Positions 36,697-46,004 of a stretch of DNA of 59,993 nucleotides are shown here, piece by piece. The stretch is taken from NCBI GenBank assembly GCA_015485505.1, contig WFTK01000003.1:1-59993 (forward strand), written 5' to 3'. Below the pieces are notes generated by a model. It saw only the letters and a program-made list of their open reading frames with translations. It had not been told where the DNA came from and ran no database searches. Numbering within the stretch: the stretch's first letter is position 1; each line of letters starts with the position of its first letter. The translations under genes were made by a program, and so were the position numbers. This stretch comes from Patescibacteria group bacterium (GTDB lineage Bacteria; Patescibacteriota; Minisyncoccia; Phycocordibacterales; UBA2100).

Positions 36697-38739
36697 TTAG
36701 AAGTCTATTAAGTCTACCCGCACACCTTGCGACAAGGTGTGCGGGTCTACCTTATCACTCTCTCCTCCTGCCCCACCATCTTCGCCTGTTAGAGTGGCTC
36801 GGGCGTCCTCGAGATAGCTTGGGTCTAAGTCGTTTAAGAATTGGCTCGGCATATTAACCTGCTCTTTACCATATATGGTGCGGGTAGTGGCATGGGTTAA
36901 ATATAGCTTCTGCCCTGCTCTTGTAATAGCAACATAAAAGAGCCGTCTCTCTTCTTCTTCGTCTATATCGGCACTATCCCCCATCTTTTCATGAGGGAAG
37001 AGGCCTTCCTCAAGCCCTGTTACAAACACATAGTCAAACTCTAAACCCTTACTTGCATGTACCGTCATTAGCTTAACTGCGTTGTTATCCTCCTCTAACT
37101 CATCTTGATCTGTGGCCAGAGCCGCATCTTGCAATATATGCTCTATACCCTCTTGCGGCTCTAGGGCATCGTACTTTGTGGCTAGAGTTACAAGCTCTTT
37201 AAGGTTCTCTAAGCGCTCGCGCTCCTCCTCTGTGCCATTTTTATACTTGCTCTCCATGCCACTCGCTTTAATAATATGAGTAAAGGTTTCTGACGGCTTA
37301 CTTGAGAGGGCGACATGCTTAATCTCAGTGAGGAGGTTGTTGAACTTGCGAGCCTTCTCTTGTAGTGCTGGGCCGAGAGTGTGCTCCTCACCACTGAGCA
37401 TCTTAGTGAGTGTCATCTTACCTATACCTCTTGGTGGTGATGCTACTGCGCGCGCCATGTCTACCGTACTCTTAGGGTTAAGAGCTGCTTTTAAGTAGCT
37501 AAGTACATCCTTAACCTCTTTGCGGTCAAAGAACTTGGTCCCAAGCACCTGATAAGGTACTCCCGAGTAGAGGAATCTCTCCTCAAGTCCTCGTGATTGG
37601 AAGTTGGCGCGGTAGAGTACGGCAATATCGCGAGGCGCTACACCTCCATCATTAATCAGTCTCTCACACTCCCCTGCTATGTAGCGAGCCTCATCTCCTG
37701 CGCTATATGCACTGTATACACTGATGTTGTCACCCTCGTTATTTTGAGTAAAGAGCTTTTTGTCCTTCCTGTTAGTATTCTTCGTTATTATATCGTTGGC
37801 TGCGGCTAATATGTTCTGCGTAGAGCGATAATTTTGCTCAAGTAATATTGTCTTAACGTTGTCAAACTCCTTCTCAAAGTAATTAATATTCTCTGGTTTG
37901 GCCTGCCTCCACGTATATACACACTGGTCGCCATCACCTACAACGCAGATATTCTGCTCTTCTCCCACAAGGAGCCGCACTAAGTCGTATTGTACGGCAT
38001 TGGTGTCTTGGTACTCATCTATGTGCAGGTATTGCCACCTTTTTTGGTATTTTTTACGCACCTCCTCATGCCCTGCGAGCAGGTCGTGAGTCTTTATTAA
38101 GAGGTCATCAAAGTCTAGCGCCCCCTCCTTGTTAAGCGTCTTGTCATACTCTTGCCATACCTTACCTGCTATCTCTCCATAGTAGCTGCCCCCTGCTGCA
38201 GAGCCGGTAAACTCCTCTCTGCCCATGTTACTACCCTTACTCTTAGAGATTATTCCTAATATTGTCTTAGGTTCGTATTGTTTTGGGTCATAATCTAGCT
38301 TGACTAAAGCACTCTTAATGGCTCTGAGTGAGTCTGCTCTGTCAAAAATAGTGAAGTTACGAGGTAGGCCGAGTAGCTCGTGATTCTCTCTGAGTATGTG
38401 CACTCCAAGCGAGTGGAAGGTCGCCATAAAAGGCATACTCATACCACTACTGAGTGCATTAATAGGTCGGTTAATTTCATCATCCGAATTTAATAAATCT
38501 CGCATACGCTCGCGCATCTCTTTCGCCGCCTTATTTGTAAAAGTAACAGCGAGAATATTCTCAGGTGCTACCCCACTCTTAATAAGGTGTACTATGCGAT
38601 GTGTAATTGTCCGCGTCTTCCCTGCGCCAGCACCGGCTATTATAAGTAGTGGACCGTTGGTGTGTAACACCGCCTCGCGCTGAGGCCTATTAAGCTCTTT
38701 TAAATGAGATTGTTCGCTTTGTTGATTATTTGTTGACAT
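36697..38739 (-). CDS. uvrD: UvrD/PcrA-family superfamily 1 DNA helicase
   Basis: Motif I AGAGAGKTRTITHR, motif II HIDEYQDTN, motif III VGDGDQCVYTWRQA, motif VI VAITRAGQKL. Confidence 0.9.
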   Translation of the reverse strand: MSTNNQQSEQSHLKELNRPQREAVLHTNGPLLIIAGAGAGKTRTITHRIVHLIKSGVAPENILAVTFTNKAAKEMRERMRDLLNSDDEINRPINALSSGMSMPFMATFHSLGVHILRENHELLGLPRNFTIFDRADSLRAIKSALVKLDYDPKQYEPKTILGIISKSKGSNMGREEFTGSAAGGSYYGEIAGKVWQEYDKTLNKEGALDFDDLLIKTHDLLAGHEEVRKKYQKRWQYLHIDEYQDTNAVQYDLVRLLVGEEQNICVVGDGDQCVYTWRQAKPENINYFEKEFDNVKTILLEQNYRSTQNILAAANDIITKNTNRKDKKLFTQNNEGDNISVYSAYSAGDEARYIAGECERLINDGGVAPRDIAVLYRANFQSRGLEERFLYSGVPYQVLGTKFFDRKEVKDVLSYLKAALNPKSTVDMARAVASPPRGIGKMTLTKMLSGEEHTLGPALQEKARKFNNLLTEIKHVALSSKPSETFTHIIKASGMESKYKNGTEEERERLENLKELVTLATKYDALEPQEGIEHILQDAALATDQDELEEDNNAVKLMTVHASKGLEFDYVFVTGLEEGLFPHEKMGDSADIDEEEERRLFYVAITRAGQKLYLTHATTRTIYGKEQVNMPSQFLNDLDPSYLEDARATLTGEDGGAGGESDKVDPHTLSQGVRVDLIDF

Positions 38740-38760
38740 GTTGTATTAGTTTGTTACAAT
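38733..38760 (+). promoter_or_regulatory. Near-consensus sigma70-type promoter TTGACA-N16-TACAAT
   Basis: TTGACA at 38733-38738 (overlaps the uvrD start codon on the other strand), TACAAT at 38755-38760. Confidence 0.55.
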
Positions 38761-38766
38761 TTAAGC

Positions 38767-38831
38767 AAAAGCCGGCCTTTGAGCGCGGTCCCGACCCAGC
38801 CCGTCCCTTGTGGACGGGCTGGGGCTTTTTA
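38767..38831 (+). ncRNA. Candidate ~65-nt small RNA or murA leader/attenuator ending in an intrinsic terminator
   Basis: GC-rich transcript AAAAGCCGGCCUUUGAGCGCGGUCCCGA, then a 12-bp hairpin (38795-38806 / 38812-38823) and a UUUUU run. No start codon inside. Confidence 0.5.
38795..38831 (+). terminator. Rho-independent terminator
   Basis: CCCAGCCCGTCC-CTTGT-GGACGGGCTGGG followed by GCTTTTTA. Confidence 0.75.
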
Positions 38832-38852
38832 TGGTTTGAGTTTATAGAATTT

Positions 38853-38861
38853 TGCTATAAT
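38853..38861 (+). promoter_or_regulatory. Extended -10 TGCTATAAT upstream of murA
   Basis: TGnTATAAT, ~50 nt before the murA ATG 38913. Confidence 0.5.
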
Positions 38862-38912
38862 ATTTCTTACCACTCATTGCAGTATTTTAGCATGGTGGTA
38901 TATTTGAGCCTA

Positions 38913-40241
38913 ATGACAGACTTTAAGATTAGGGGTGGGAGGAAGTTGAGTGGATCAGTGCGGGTTAATACCTCTAAGAATGGGGCGATGGGGCTTGTGG
39001 CCGCTGCACTTATAAATAAAGGCACTACTACTCTGCACGGTATACCACGCATAGAGGAGATAAGCCGTATGCTTGAGGTCTTTAAGAGCTTGGGTATTGT
39101 GGTAGAGGCTCTGCCAGACCCAAATACAGGAGAGCAGACAACCCTCAAGATAACTCCACCTAGAGAGTGGGACATAAGCAAGATTAATAGAGAGTCGGCA
39201 AGCAAGATGCGCTCCGTGCTTATGCTCTTGGGCTCACTAGTGCACTATAGTGATAACTTCTTGCTCCCCCACGCTGGTGGATGCAAGATGGGTGCGCGCA
39301 CTATTGCCGCGCACAAGCACGGCCTTGAGGAACTTGGAGTAAACATAGAGGTGTTAGATGATGATTATAAGGTTACAAATAATGGATTAAAGGCTGGTAG
39401 AGAGATTATAATGTATGAGGCTAGCGACACCGCAACTATTAATGTACTTATTGCCGCTGCGAGAGTACCCGGCAAGACGGTTATAAAGTACGCACCGCCT
39501 AACTATCAAGTACAAGATGTATGCTACTTCTTAGAGAGTCTGGGAGTTAAGATAAGTGGTATTGGCACTCATGTACTGACTATTGAGGGCTTAGCTGAGA
39601 TAGATACAGACATAGAGTGGCACAATAGCGAGGACCCAATAGAGGCAATGGGCTTTATAACAGCTGCTATAATGACTAACTCTGAGTTAACAATAGAGCG
39701 TTGCTCTATAAACTTCCTTGAGGTGGAGCTGTTGAAGTTGAAATATATGGGACTGAAGTTTGATATTGGAGATAAGTATTTAGCAGACAATGGTAAGACA
39801 GAACTTGTAGATATAACAGTACACGCAGACAAGAGCACACTCACAGCTCCTGAAGATAAGATACACCCATTGCCATACCCGGGGCTTAATGTAGATAATC
39901 TCCCCTACTTTGCCACTATTGCTACTCAAGCTGAGGGTACAACTCTTATACATGACTGGATGTGGGAGAGCAGGGCTATCAACTTTGCTGAGCTTAGTAA
40001 GCTCGGCGCACAGGTTAAGTTGCTAGACCCACACAGAGTGGAGATAACTGGCAAGACAGCCCTTAAAGGTGCTCAGGTGGTATGCCCCCCTGCTTTGCGC
40101 CCGGCTGTTGTGATATTCCTTGCGATGCTCGGAGCTGAGGGTGAGAGTGTATTGCGTAATATATACTCTATAGCCAGAGGTTATGAGGACTTGGCGCAGA
40201 GACTTAATAAAATAGGAGCAAATATAGAGGTTTTAGAGTAG
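38913..40241 (+). CDS. murA: UDP-N-acetylglucosamine 1-carboxyvinyltransferase
   Basis: MTDFKIRGGRKLSGSVRVNTSKNGAMGLVAAAL matches the canonical MurA N-terminus. Active-site loop HAGGCKMGARTI. The tracked ORF's upstream 61 aa cross the promoter and terminator and were rejected. Confidence 0.9.
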   Translation: MTDFKIRGGRKLSGSVRVNTSKNGAMGLVAAALINKGTTTLHGIPRIEEISRMLEVFKSLGIVVEALPDPNTGEQTTLKITPPREWDISKINRESASKMRSVLMLLGSLVHYSDNFLLPHAGGCKMGARTIAAHKHGLEELGVNIEVLDDDYKVTNNGLKAGREIIMYEASDTATINVLIAAARVPGKTVIKYAPPNYQVQDVCYFLESLGVKISGIGTHVLTIEGLAEIDTDIEWHNSEDPIEAMGFITAAIMTNSELTIERCSINFLEVELLKLKYMGLKFDIGDKYLADNGKTELVDITVHADKSTLTAPEDKIHPLPYPGLNVDNLPYFATIATQAEGTTLIHDWMWESRAINFAELSKLGAQVKLLDPHRVEITGKTALKGAQVVCPPALRPAVVIFLAMLGAEGESVLRNIYSIARGYEDLAQRLNKIGANIEVLE

Positions 40242-40250
40242 TATTGACAT

Positions 40251-40285
40251 AATACCACAATATGTGGTGTGGTATTGACTTTTTA
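40251..40285 (+). terminator. Probable murA terminator
   Basis: AATACCAC...GTGGTATT stem followed by GACTTTTT. Confidence 0.55.
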
Positions 40286-40447
40286 GTTATACACAGTACA
40301 ATGTTGCCACTGTTGACGATACATATATGTGCGTTACAGTTAGTAATATACAAGATATTGCCATAAGGCAACTCACCGCAAGGCTTGTTATGGATGTGAC
40401 GAAAGTAATAATATAAATATATAAAACAGAAATTTACATACTCCTCA

Positions 40448-41467
40448 GTGGGTGTCTCAATACTCTTTGCTATAGGGCTCTCAATGCCTAGTAGTGCTGA
40501 TGCTAGTGTCTTGAGCTCTATTGGCTCCCTATTTAGTAATAGGGTTACTTACACTAGTGAGAGTAGTTATGACTCACAGACAGTGCCACTATTGCGTGCG
40601 GCTCGTAATTTAGACCCTAAGGCAGCTATTGGAGGTGGTGATATTGTTGTACGTAATGGTGTGGCACTTGTGGCTGAGAGTGGCCCAGAGGGTGGTATAG
40701 CTGAGTTTGTAGAGGGTGCCAAGACAGGTGGACAGATAAGTGTGTATATTGTGCAGAAAGGTGACACTTTGAGTGACATAGCGGAGTCCTTTGGTGTGTC
40801 TGTTAACACTATTAAGTGGGCTAATGATATTAAGCGTGGCTCTACTATCAACATAGGGCAAAAGCTTGTAATACTACCTGTAACGGGCATCAAGTATACT
40901 ATTAAAAGGGGTGGCACACTAAGAGATGTTATAAAGAAGTACGGCGGGTCACTAGAGGAGGCTGCTGAGTACAATGGTGTAGGGCCAGATGAAGAGCTAA
41001 GTAAGGGTACAGTCGTTATAATCCCAAATGGTGAGTTGGCTAGTCCTAGGCCTGTACGTAGATTAGCTCGCAGTAGTGGTATAACCAGCAGGGCTCGTAA
41101 TGTATCTAATCGTGATTTAGGTGGATACTACGTGCACCCGTTAAACAATGGTGGTACTAAAACACAAGGCATACATGGTTATAATGCAGTTGACATAGCA
41201 GCTCCTACTGGTACCCCTATTGTGGCTAGTGCTTCAGGTACAGTTATACTGGCTCGTAGATATGGCTATAATGGTGGTTACGGTCGCTATACTATAATCA
41301 AGCACCCTAACGGTACGCAGACAGTATACGCTCATATGAGTAAGAACATTAGCTATGAGGGACAATGGGTCACTCAAGGGCAGGTTATAGGTTATGTAGG
41401 TAATACCGGCCGCTCTACAGGGCCACACGTACACTTTGAGGTTCGTGGCGCTAAGAATCCATTCTAG
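40448..41467 (+). CDS. Secreted LysM-domain M23 metallopeptidase (peptidoglycan endopeptidase)
   Basis: Two LysM-like repeats (YIVQKGDTLSDIAESFGVSVNTIKWAN; YTIKRGGTLRDVIKKYG). M23 motifs HGYNAVDIAAPTGTPI and GNTGRSTGPHVHFEV. GTG start. Confidence 0.85.
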   Translation: MGVSILFAIGLSMPSSADASVLSSIGSLFSNRVTYTSESSYDSQTVPLLRAARNLDPKAAIGGGDIVVRNGVALVAESGPEGGIAEFVEGAKTGGQISVYIVQKGDTLSDIAESFGVSVNTIKWANDIKRGSTINIGQKLVILPVTGIKYTIKRGGTLRDVIKKYGGSLEEAAEYNGVGPDEELSKGTVVIIPNGELASPRPVRRLARSSGITSRARNVSNRDLGGYYVHPLNNGGTKTQGIHGYNAVDIAAPTGTPIVASASGTVILARRYGYNGGYGRYTIIKHPNGTQTVYAHMSKNISYEGQWVTQGQVIGYVGNTGRSTGPHVHFEVRGAKNPF

Positions 41468-41499
41468 TAGTAAGCAATTATTTAATAAATATAGGTACT

Positions 41500-41530
41500 A
41501 AAAAGACCGTACAAATTGTACGGTCTTTTT
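41500..41530. terminator. Bidirectional intrinsic terminator between the M23 gene and rpsJ
   Basis: AAAAAGACCGTACA-AAT-TGTACGGTCTTTTT. Confidence 0.8.
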
Positions 41531-41553
41531 AATTGGTTTAAGTTAGTTTAAAA

Positions 41554-41883
41554 CTATACCATCTTTAGGTCTATTGATACTCCTGAGGGTAATGAGATGT
41601 TGGTCAATGCCTCCATCACCTTACCTGAGGGTTGCAATATATCTATGAGTCTCTTGTGCACACGCATCTCAAACTGTTCTCGCGCGTCTTTATTGACGAA
41701 GGTTGAGCGCAGTACGGTGTACTTTTTAATCTCGGTAGGCATTGGGATAGGGCCACGCACCTCAGCGTCAAAGCGCTTAGCGGTGTCTATAATCTGCTTT
41801 ACAGATATGTCTAGCAGTTTATGCTCGTAGGCTCGTACGCGTATACGTAATTTGTCTACCCCTTTTTTCTTTTTTTCTACCAT
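41554..41883 (-). CDS. rpsJ: 30S ribosomal protein S10
   Basis: LRIRVRAYEHKLLD...RGPIPMPTEIKKYTVLRSTFVNKDAREQFEMRVHKRLIDI. Confidence 0.95.
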   Translation of the reverse strand: MVEKKKKGVDKLRIRVRAYEHKLLDISVKQIIDTAKRFDAEVRGPIPMPTEIKKYTVLRSTFVNKDAREQFEMRVHKRLIDILQPSGKVMEALTNISLPSGVSIDLKMV

Positions 41884-41962
41884 AAGATTATTTTATTTTT
41901 AATGTACAATTTATTGTGGTAAGTAACTTACCACAGACTCACTTTTACCGCAAGGTAGTAGC

Positions 41963-43156
41963 TTATGCTACAACTTTAGTAACAACACCAGCTCCTACTG
42001 TGCGACCTCCCTCACGTACAGCGAAGCGCATCTTGTCCTCAAGAGCGATAGGTCCCACTAACTTAACTTTAAAGGTTACAGTGTCACCTGGCATTACCAT
42101 CTCTGTGCCCTCTGGTAGAGTTACCTCTCCTGTAACGTCCGTTGTACGCACGTAGAATTGTGGCTTATAACCAGTGAAGAATGGTGTATGACGACCACCC
42201 TCCTCTTTAGTAAGGATGTATACCTCAGCCTCAAACTCTGTATGTGGAGTTATTGAGCCCTTAGCAGCTAGTACTTGCCCACGGTGTACCTCGTCTTTCT
42301 TAGTACCACGCAGTAGGATACCAGCGTTGTCTCCTGCAAGACCCTCTTGTAGGTTCTTGTTAAACATCTCAATACCTGTGATTGTAGTTGTAGTTGTCTC
42401 TTTGATACCAACTATCTCTACCTCCTCACCTACTGTTACCTTACCGCGCTCGATGCGACCTGTAACAACTGTACCACGTCCCTCAATTGAGAAGATGTCT
42501 TCAATTGGCATAAGGAATGGCTTATCTAGCTCACGAGCCGGTACCTCGAAGTACTCATCCATGTGCTTAGTTAGCTCTAGGATCTTCTCTACCCACTCGT
42601 CCTTCTCTGTGGCTCCAGCTGCCTTAAGAGCTGAACCACGTACGAATGGAGTGTTCTCTCCATCAAAGCCGTATTGTGTAAGAACCTCACGGATCTCCTC
42701 CTCTACTAGCTCTATCATCTCCTCATCAACATCTGGCATGTCTGTTTTGTTGATAAATACGATGATCTTAGGTACACCAACTTGCTTAGCAAGCAATATG
42801 TGCTCACGAGTCTGTGGCATAAGGCCGTCAGTAGCTGCTACCACAAGGATAGCGCCGTCCATCTGTGCGGCTCCTGTAATCATATTCTTGATGTAGTCGG
42901 CGTGGCCGGGAGCATCAATGTGAGCATAGTGACGGTTAGCCGTCTCATACTCGTTGTGAGATAGGGCGATAGTAATACCACGCTCTTTCTCCTCTGGGGC
43001 ATTGTCGATATCATCGATCTTTGCCATCTTTACGTTTTGCCCATCTAGGTGCAATGAGTTAAGGATAGCTGCAGTAAGTGTTGTCTTACCGTGGTCAACG
43101 TGACCAAGAGTACCAACATTTACGTGATCCTTATCTCTGTTAAAATCTTCTGCCAT
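41963..43156 (-). CDS. tuf: Elongation factor Tu
   Basis: [22 protein letters not shown], full-length EF-Tu pattern. Confidence 0.97.
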   Translation of the reverse strand: MAEDFNRDKDHVNVGTLGHVDHGKTTLTAAILNSLHLDGQNVKMAKIDDIDNAPEEKERGITIALSHNEYETANRHYAHIDAPGHADYIKNMITGAAQMDGAILVVAATDGLMPQTREHILLAKQVGVPKIIVFINKTDMPDVDEEMIELVEEEIREVLTQYGFDGENTPFVRGSALKAAGATEKDEWVEKILELTKHMDEYFEVPARELDKPFLMPIEDIFSIEGRGTVVTGRIERGKVTVGEEVEIVGIKETTTTTITGIEMFNKNLQEGLAGDNAGILLRGTKKDEVHRGQVLAAKGSITPHTEFEAEVYILTKEEGGRHTPFFTGYKPQFYVRTTDVTGEVTLPEGTEMVMPGDTVTFKVKLVGPIALEDKMRFAVREGGRTVGAGVVTKVVA

Positions 43157-43343
43157 AATAATTTATGTTACTTATAATTAATAATATCTGATACCGCAAC
43201 TATTGTATTGGCAACCTTTGCTTAGCTCGCGAGAACGAGCGCTTAACAAAAGTGACCATTACGCAGTATCTACACACATCAAAAGACATATGTGCGCTAC
43301 ATACTATCAAATAGCGCCTGATAGTCAACTGGATTGGCAATAT

Positions 43344-43368
43344 AAAATACCCCTACGAGGGGTATTTT
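43344..43368. terminator. Bidirectional intrinsic terminator
   Basis: AAAATACCCC-TACGA-GGGGTATTTT, 24 nt after the stop of 43392-44075. Confidence 0.8.
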
Positions 43369-43391
43369 ATAAAGTATAACCTTAACTAGGG

Positions 43392-44075
43392 TTATTTATG
43401 CATGTCGTGCTTTAGTTTCTCTAAGAACTCGGCAGCAGTCTTCTGGCCTCCAAGACCAAAAGCTAAGCCAAATGCTAGTGAGAGTGCTACTACTACTCCA
43501 GTAAAGAGTGTGTAGATAAACGACGCATCTACTCCAAGCTGAGCAAAGGCTGTAAGACCACCCATTACCCATATTGCCCATTTTGCTAGATTACCTATGA
43601 ACCCTGCGGCGTGTACACTAGCTGCCTTAGCAGAGCCAGTAACAAGGTTGTCTACAAAGCGTGCTACAACAGCTGTAATAATCAATATTGCAGCAGACAG
43701 CACAACCTGTGGGAGGATAATAAGTAGTGAGTCTTGTAAGAAGGCAGATGCTTGTCCAAGACCAATAACGCTTAGTGAGAACATCAAGAAGACTATGATC
43801 ACTAGCCACTTAACAGTCTCCCCTAAGAATACTGGAGAGTTAAGCTTGATGCCTGCTTTAGATAGTACCCCCTCTACACCAGCGTAACGTAGTGCGCTAT
43901 CTAGCTTAATAGCACGGAATACTTGAGTAACTATACGTGCCAATACTACCCCAACTAACCAACCAATGGCTAAGAACAATATTGCACCAATCACATTTGG
44001 TACAAAATTAACAAATGTGTAGAAGACATCTTGAAATGCGTTTTGCAAGATGTCTGACCATGTAACAATTAACAT
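43392..44075 (-). CDS. Membrane protein with repeated 'conserved TM helix' motifs (small MscS-related family)
   Basis: Three similar amphipathic/TM repeats (VPNVIGAILFLAIGWLVGVVLARIV etc.). Confidence 0.45.
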   Translation of the reverse strand: MLIVTWSDILQNAFQDVFYTFVNFVPNVIGAILFLAIGWLVGVVLARIVTQVFRAIKLDSALRYAGVEGVLSKAGIKLNSPVFLGETVKWLVIIVFLMFSLSVIGLGQASAFLQDSLLIILPQVVLSAAILIITAVVARFVDNLVTGSAKAASVHAAGFIGNLAKWAIWVMGGLTAFAQLGVDASFIYTLFTGVVVALSLAFGLAFGLGGQKTAAEFLEKLKHDMHK

Positions 44076-44174
44076 ATTGTATTTTAAATTAAATCCGGAT
44101 TTAATAATAATTAGGTTTCGACCTCCTATATTATACCACCTAATGTAGGTGGTAAATGAGTTAATTGTGCATAA

Positions 44175-44834
44175 TTACAAGCCTAATCTGTTGAGGAGCT
44201 TCTTATGTGGTGAGTCTAGGATGTCACAGATAAGCTTGTCGCGCATGTCTAGCCTGTATTTAAACTCATTGGTAGAGAATACGGCATAACGCAGTCCCTG
44301 TCCCATCTCTGCCTCGGTTGTGCGTATTACAGTCTCAAGTTGACGGTGTTTAATAGCGTCACCAACTATAAGTATGTCTACCCTGCTATTTGGGTCTTGC
44401 AAGAATGTACCGCTTATAATAAGAGATTTTATGCGTCCTACCTTGCGCATGCGTTTAGATAAGTCACCACTTTGATCACCACTAACCTGACTCAGTAGCG
44501 CCTTCATAGCTTGTAGGTACTCAAAGTTTTGATTCAGTTTGTAGCCGGGTTTTGACTTTTTTATTATTTTATTTTCTTTCTTTAGTTTCTTTACCTCTTC
44601 TACTTTGCATGTGGCTTTAGAGAGGAAAGTGGCTGACTCAAGTAGTTTAAGTTCTTTAGTAACCGTCTCTTTAAGTGTCTTCGTCTGACGGACTACGTCT
44701 GCTACTTGCATGCATTCATCAGGATTAGCTAAGAAGAGGCGCATAATCTTAATGCGCCCAACAGAGCCAAATATTTTTGTCAAAGGATCCTTCATTGCCA
44801 TAATGAGTGTAGTATAACATATAGCTAAAAACAA
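44175..44834 (-). CDS. Putative winged-helix DNA-binding protein, function unknown
   Basis: GRIKIMRLFLANPDECMQVADVVRQTKTLKETVTKELKLLESATFL resembles ArsR/MarR-type wHTH. The likely start is the internal MAMKDPL. Confidence 0.35.
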   Translation of the reverse strand: MFLAICYTTLIMAMKDPLTKIFGSVGRIKIMRLFLANPDECMQVADVVRQTKTLKETVTKELKLLESATFLSKATCKVEEVKKLKKENKIIKKSKPGYKLNQNFEYLQAMKALLSQVSGDQSGDLSKRMRKVGRIKSLIISGTFLQDPNSRVDILIVGDAIKHRQLETVIRTTEAEMGQGLRYAVFSTNEFKYRLDMRDKLICDILDSPHKKLLNRLGL

Positions 44835-44836
44835 AC

Positions 44837-44863
44837 AAAAAGCGAGGCAAGGCCTCGCTTTTT
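44837..44863. terminator. Bidirectional intrinsic terminator after rplL
   Basis: AAAAA-GCGAGGC-AAG-GCCTCGC-TTTTT. Confidence 0.8.
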
Positions 44864-44894
44864 GGTACTACTTAGTAGTTGGAGTACTAAGTTA

Positions 44895-45455
44895 TTACTT
44901 AAGTTCTACAGTGGCACCTGCCTCCTCTAGCTTAGTCTTCCACTCATTTGCCTCGTCGGCTTTAACCTCACTCTTAAGTGATGTCGGGGCTCCTTCTACA
45001 AGGTCCTTTGCTTCTTTAAGTCCTAAGCCTAGGATCTCCTTAACTACCTTGATTACGGCAATCTTCTTGTCGCCGAAGCTTGTTAGGGTTACGTCAAAGG
45101 CGTCCTTCTCCTCAGCACCTGCTCCTGCGTCGCCCGCTCCTCCGGCTGCTGCTACTGCTGTAGCAGATACTCCGAAGCGCTCCTCAATAGCCTTTACCAA
45201 GCCATTAAGCTCAAGTACAGTCATGTTCTCAATCTTCTCTATCATCTCTTTGTACTCAGCTGGTACCTCTTTAGGCTCTTCTACTGTCTCCTCTTTTACC
45301 TCTTCTACCTTCTCCTCGGCTGGAGTTGCCTCCTCCTTCGCTGAGGCTTCGGAGGACACGTCCTCTGCCCCCTTGTCCTGCGTAGCCTCTGGCGTAGCGG
45401 GATCCTCTTTTGCCTCAGTCTCTACTGCTGCCTCTTTTGTCTTGTCTTCTGTCAT
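44895..45455 (-). CDS. rplL: 50S ribosomal protein L7/L12, possibly with a ~70-aa acidic N-terminal extension
   Basis: The canonical part starts at [26 protein letters not shown]... and ends ...[10 protein letters not shown]. The ORF stays open 210 nt upstream (E/K/A/T/P-rich). Alternative start ATG 45245. Confidence 0.9.
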   Translation of the reverse strand: MTEDKTKEAAVETEAKEDPATPEATQDKGAEDVSSEASAKEEATPAEEKVEEVKEETVEEPKEVPAEYKEMIEKIENMTVLELNGLVKAIEERFGVSATAVAAAGGAGDAGAGAEEKDAFDVTLTSFGDKKIAVIKVVKEILGLGLKEAKDLVEGAPTSLKSEVKADEANEWKTKLEEAGATVELK

Positions 45456-45484
45456 AATAATTATATTAATTTAGTTGTTAGTAA

Positions 45485-45979
45485 TTATGCCTTTTGCTCG
45501 GCTACTTGCCCAAGTGCTATTGCAATCCTTTGTATAGGGCTGTTAATAACATTGGCAAACATACCACGGAGCACATCTAATGGTGGTATAGTTGCTATCT
45601 CTTGCATGCCTGTTGCGTCTAGCATACCACCCTCGTACACTCCGCCTACTATAGCTAGGCGCTCGGCACCGTACTCTTTAGTAAAGCTGTATACGCCGCG
45701 TGCTGGAGCTGTGGGGTCGTCTGCACCATATGCTATGGCTACTTCTCCCTCTAACTCGGGGACATCTCCACTTATACCGGCTGCTTCAGCTGCTTTGCGC
45801 ATTAGGGTCTTCTTAGCTACAAAGTAGTTTACGTTGTCACCCTCAAGCTTGCGGCGCATTGCTGTCTCGTCTGATACACCAAGGCCTTTAAAGTGTACGA
45901 ACACTGTAGATGCTGAGTCTTTAAATATGCTTGTGAGCTTATCAAGTATCTCAGTCTTTTGTTGTCTTGTTTTTGCCAT
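45485..45979 (-). CDS. rplJ: 50S ribosomal protein L10
   Basis: MAKTRQQKTEILDKL..., the typical L10 pattern. Lies directly upstream of rplL. Confidence 0.9.
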   Translation of the reverse strand: MAKTRQQKTEILDKLTSIFKDSASTVFVHFKGLGVSDETAMRRKLEGDNVNYFVAKKTLMRKAAEAAGISGDVPELEGEVAIAYGADDPTAPARGVYSFTKEYGAERLAIVGGVYEGGMLDATGMQEIATIPPLDVLRGMFANVINSPIQRIAIALGQVAEQKA

Positions 45980-46004
45980 CTTTAATTTTTTATGAGTTGG
46001 AGTT

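Noticed and set aside
38730-38912. N-terminal 61 codons of the tracked murA ORF
   Set aside because: This stretch crosses a consensus promoter, a GC-rich terminator hairpin and an extended -10. The canonical MurA N-terminus starts at ATG 38913.
43157-43343. Small ORF (29 aa, MSFDVCRYC...) and hairpin GCTCG-CGAGAA-CGAGC in the tuf upstream region as a hidden ribosomal protein gene or leader peptide
   Set aside because: The peptide does not resemble L33, L36 or any small ribosomal protein I know. The evidence is insufficient, so the region is left as an unannotated 5' region of tuf.
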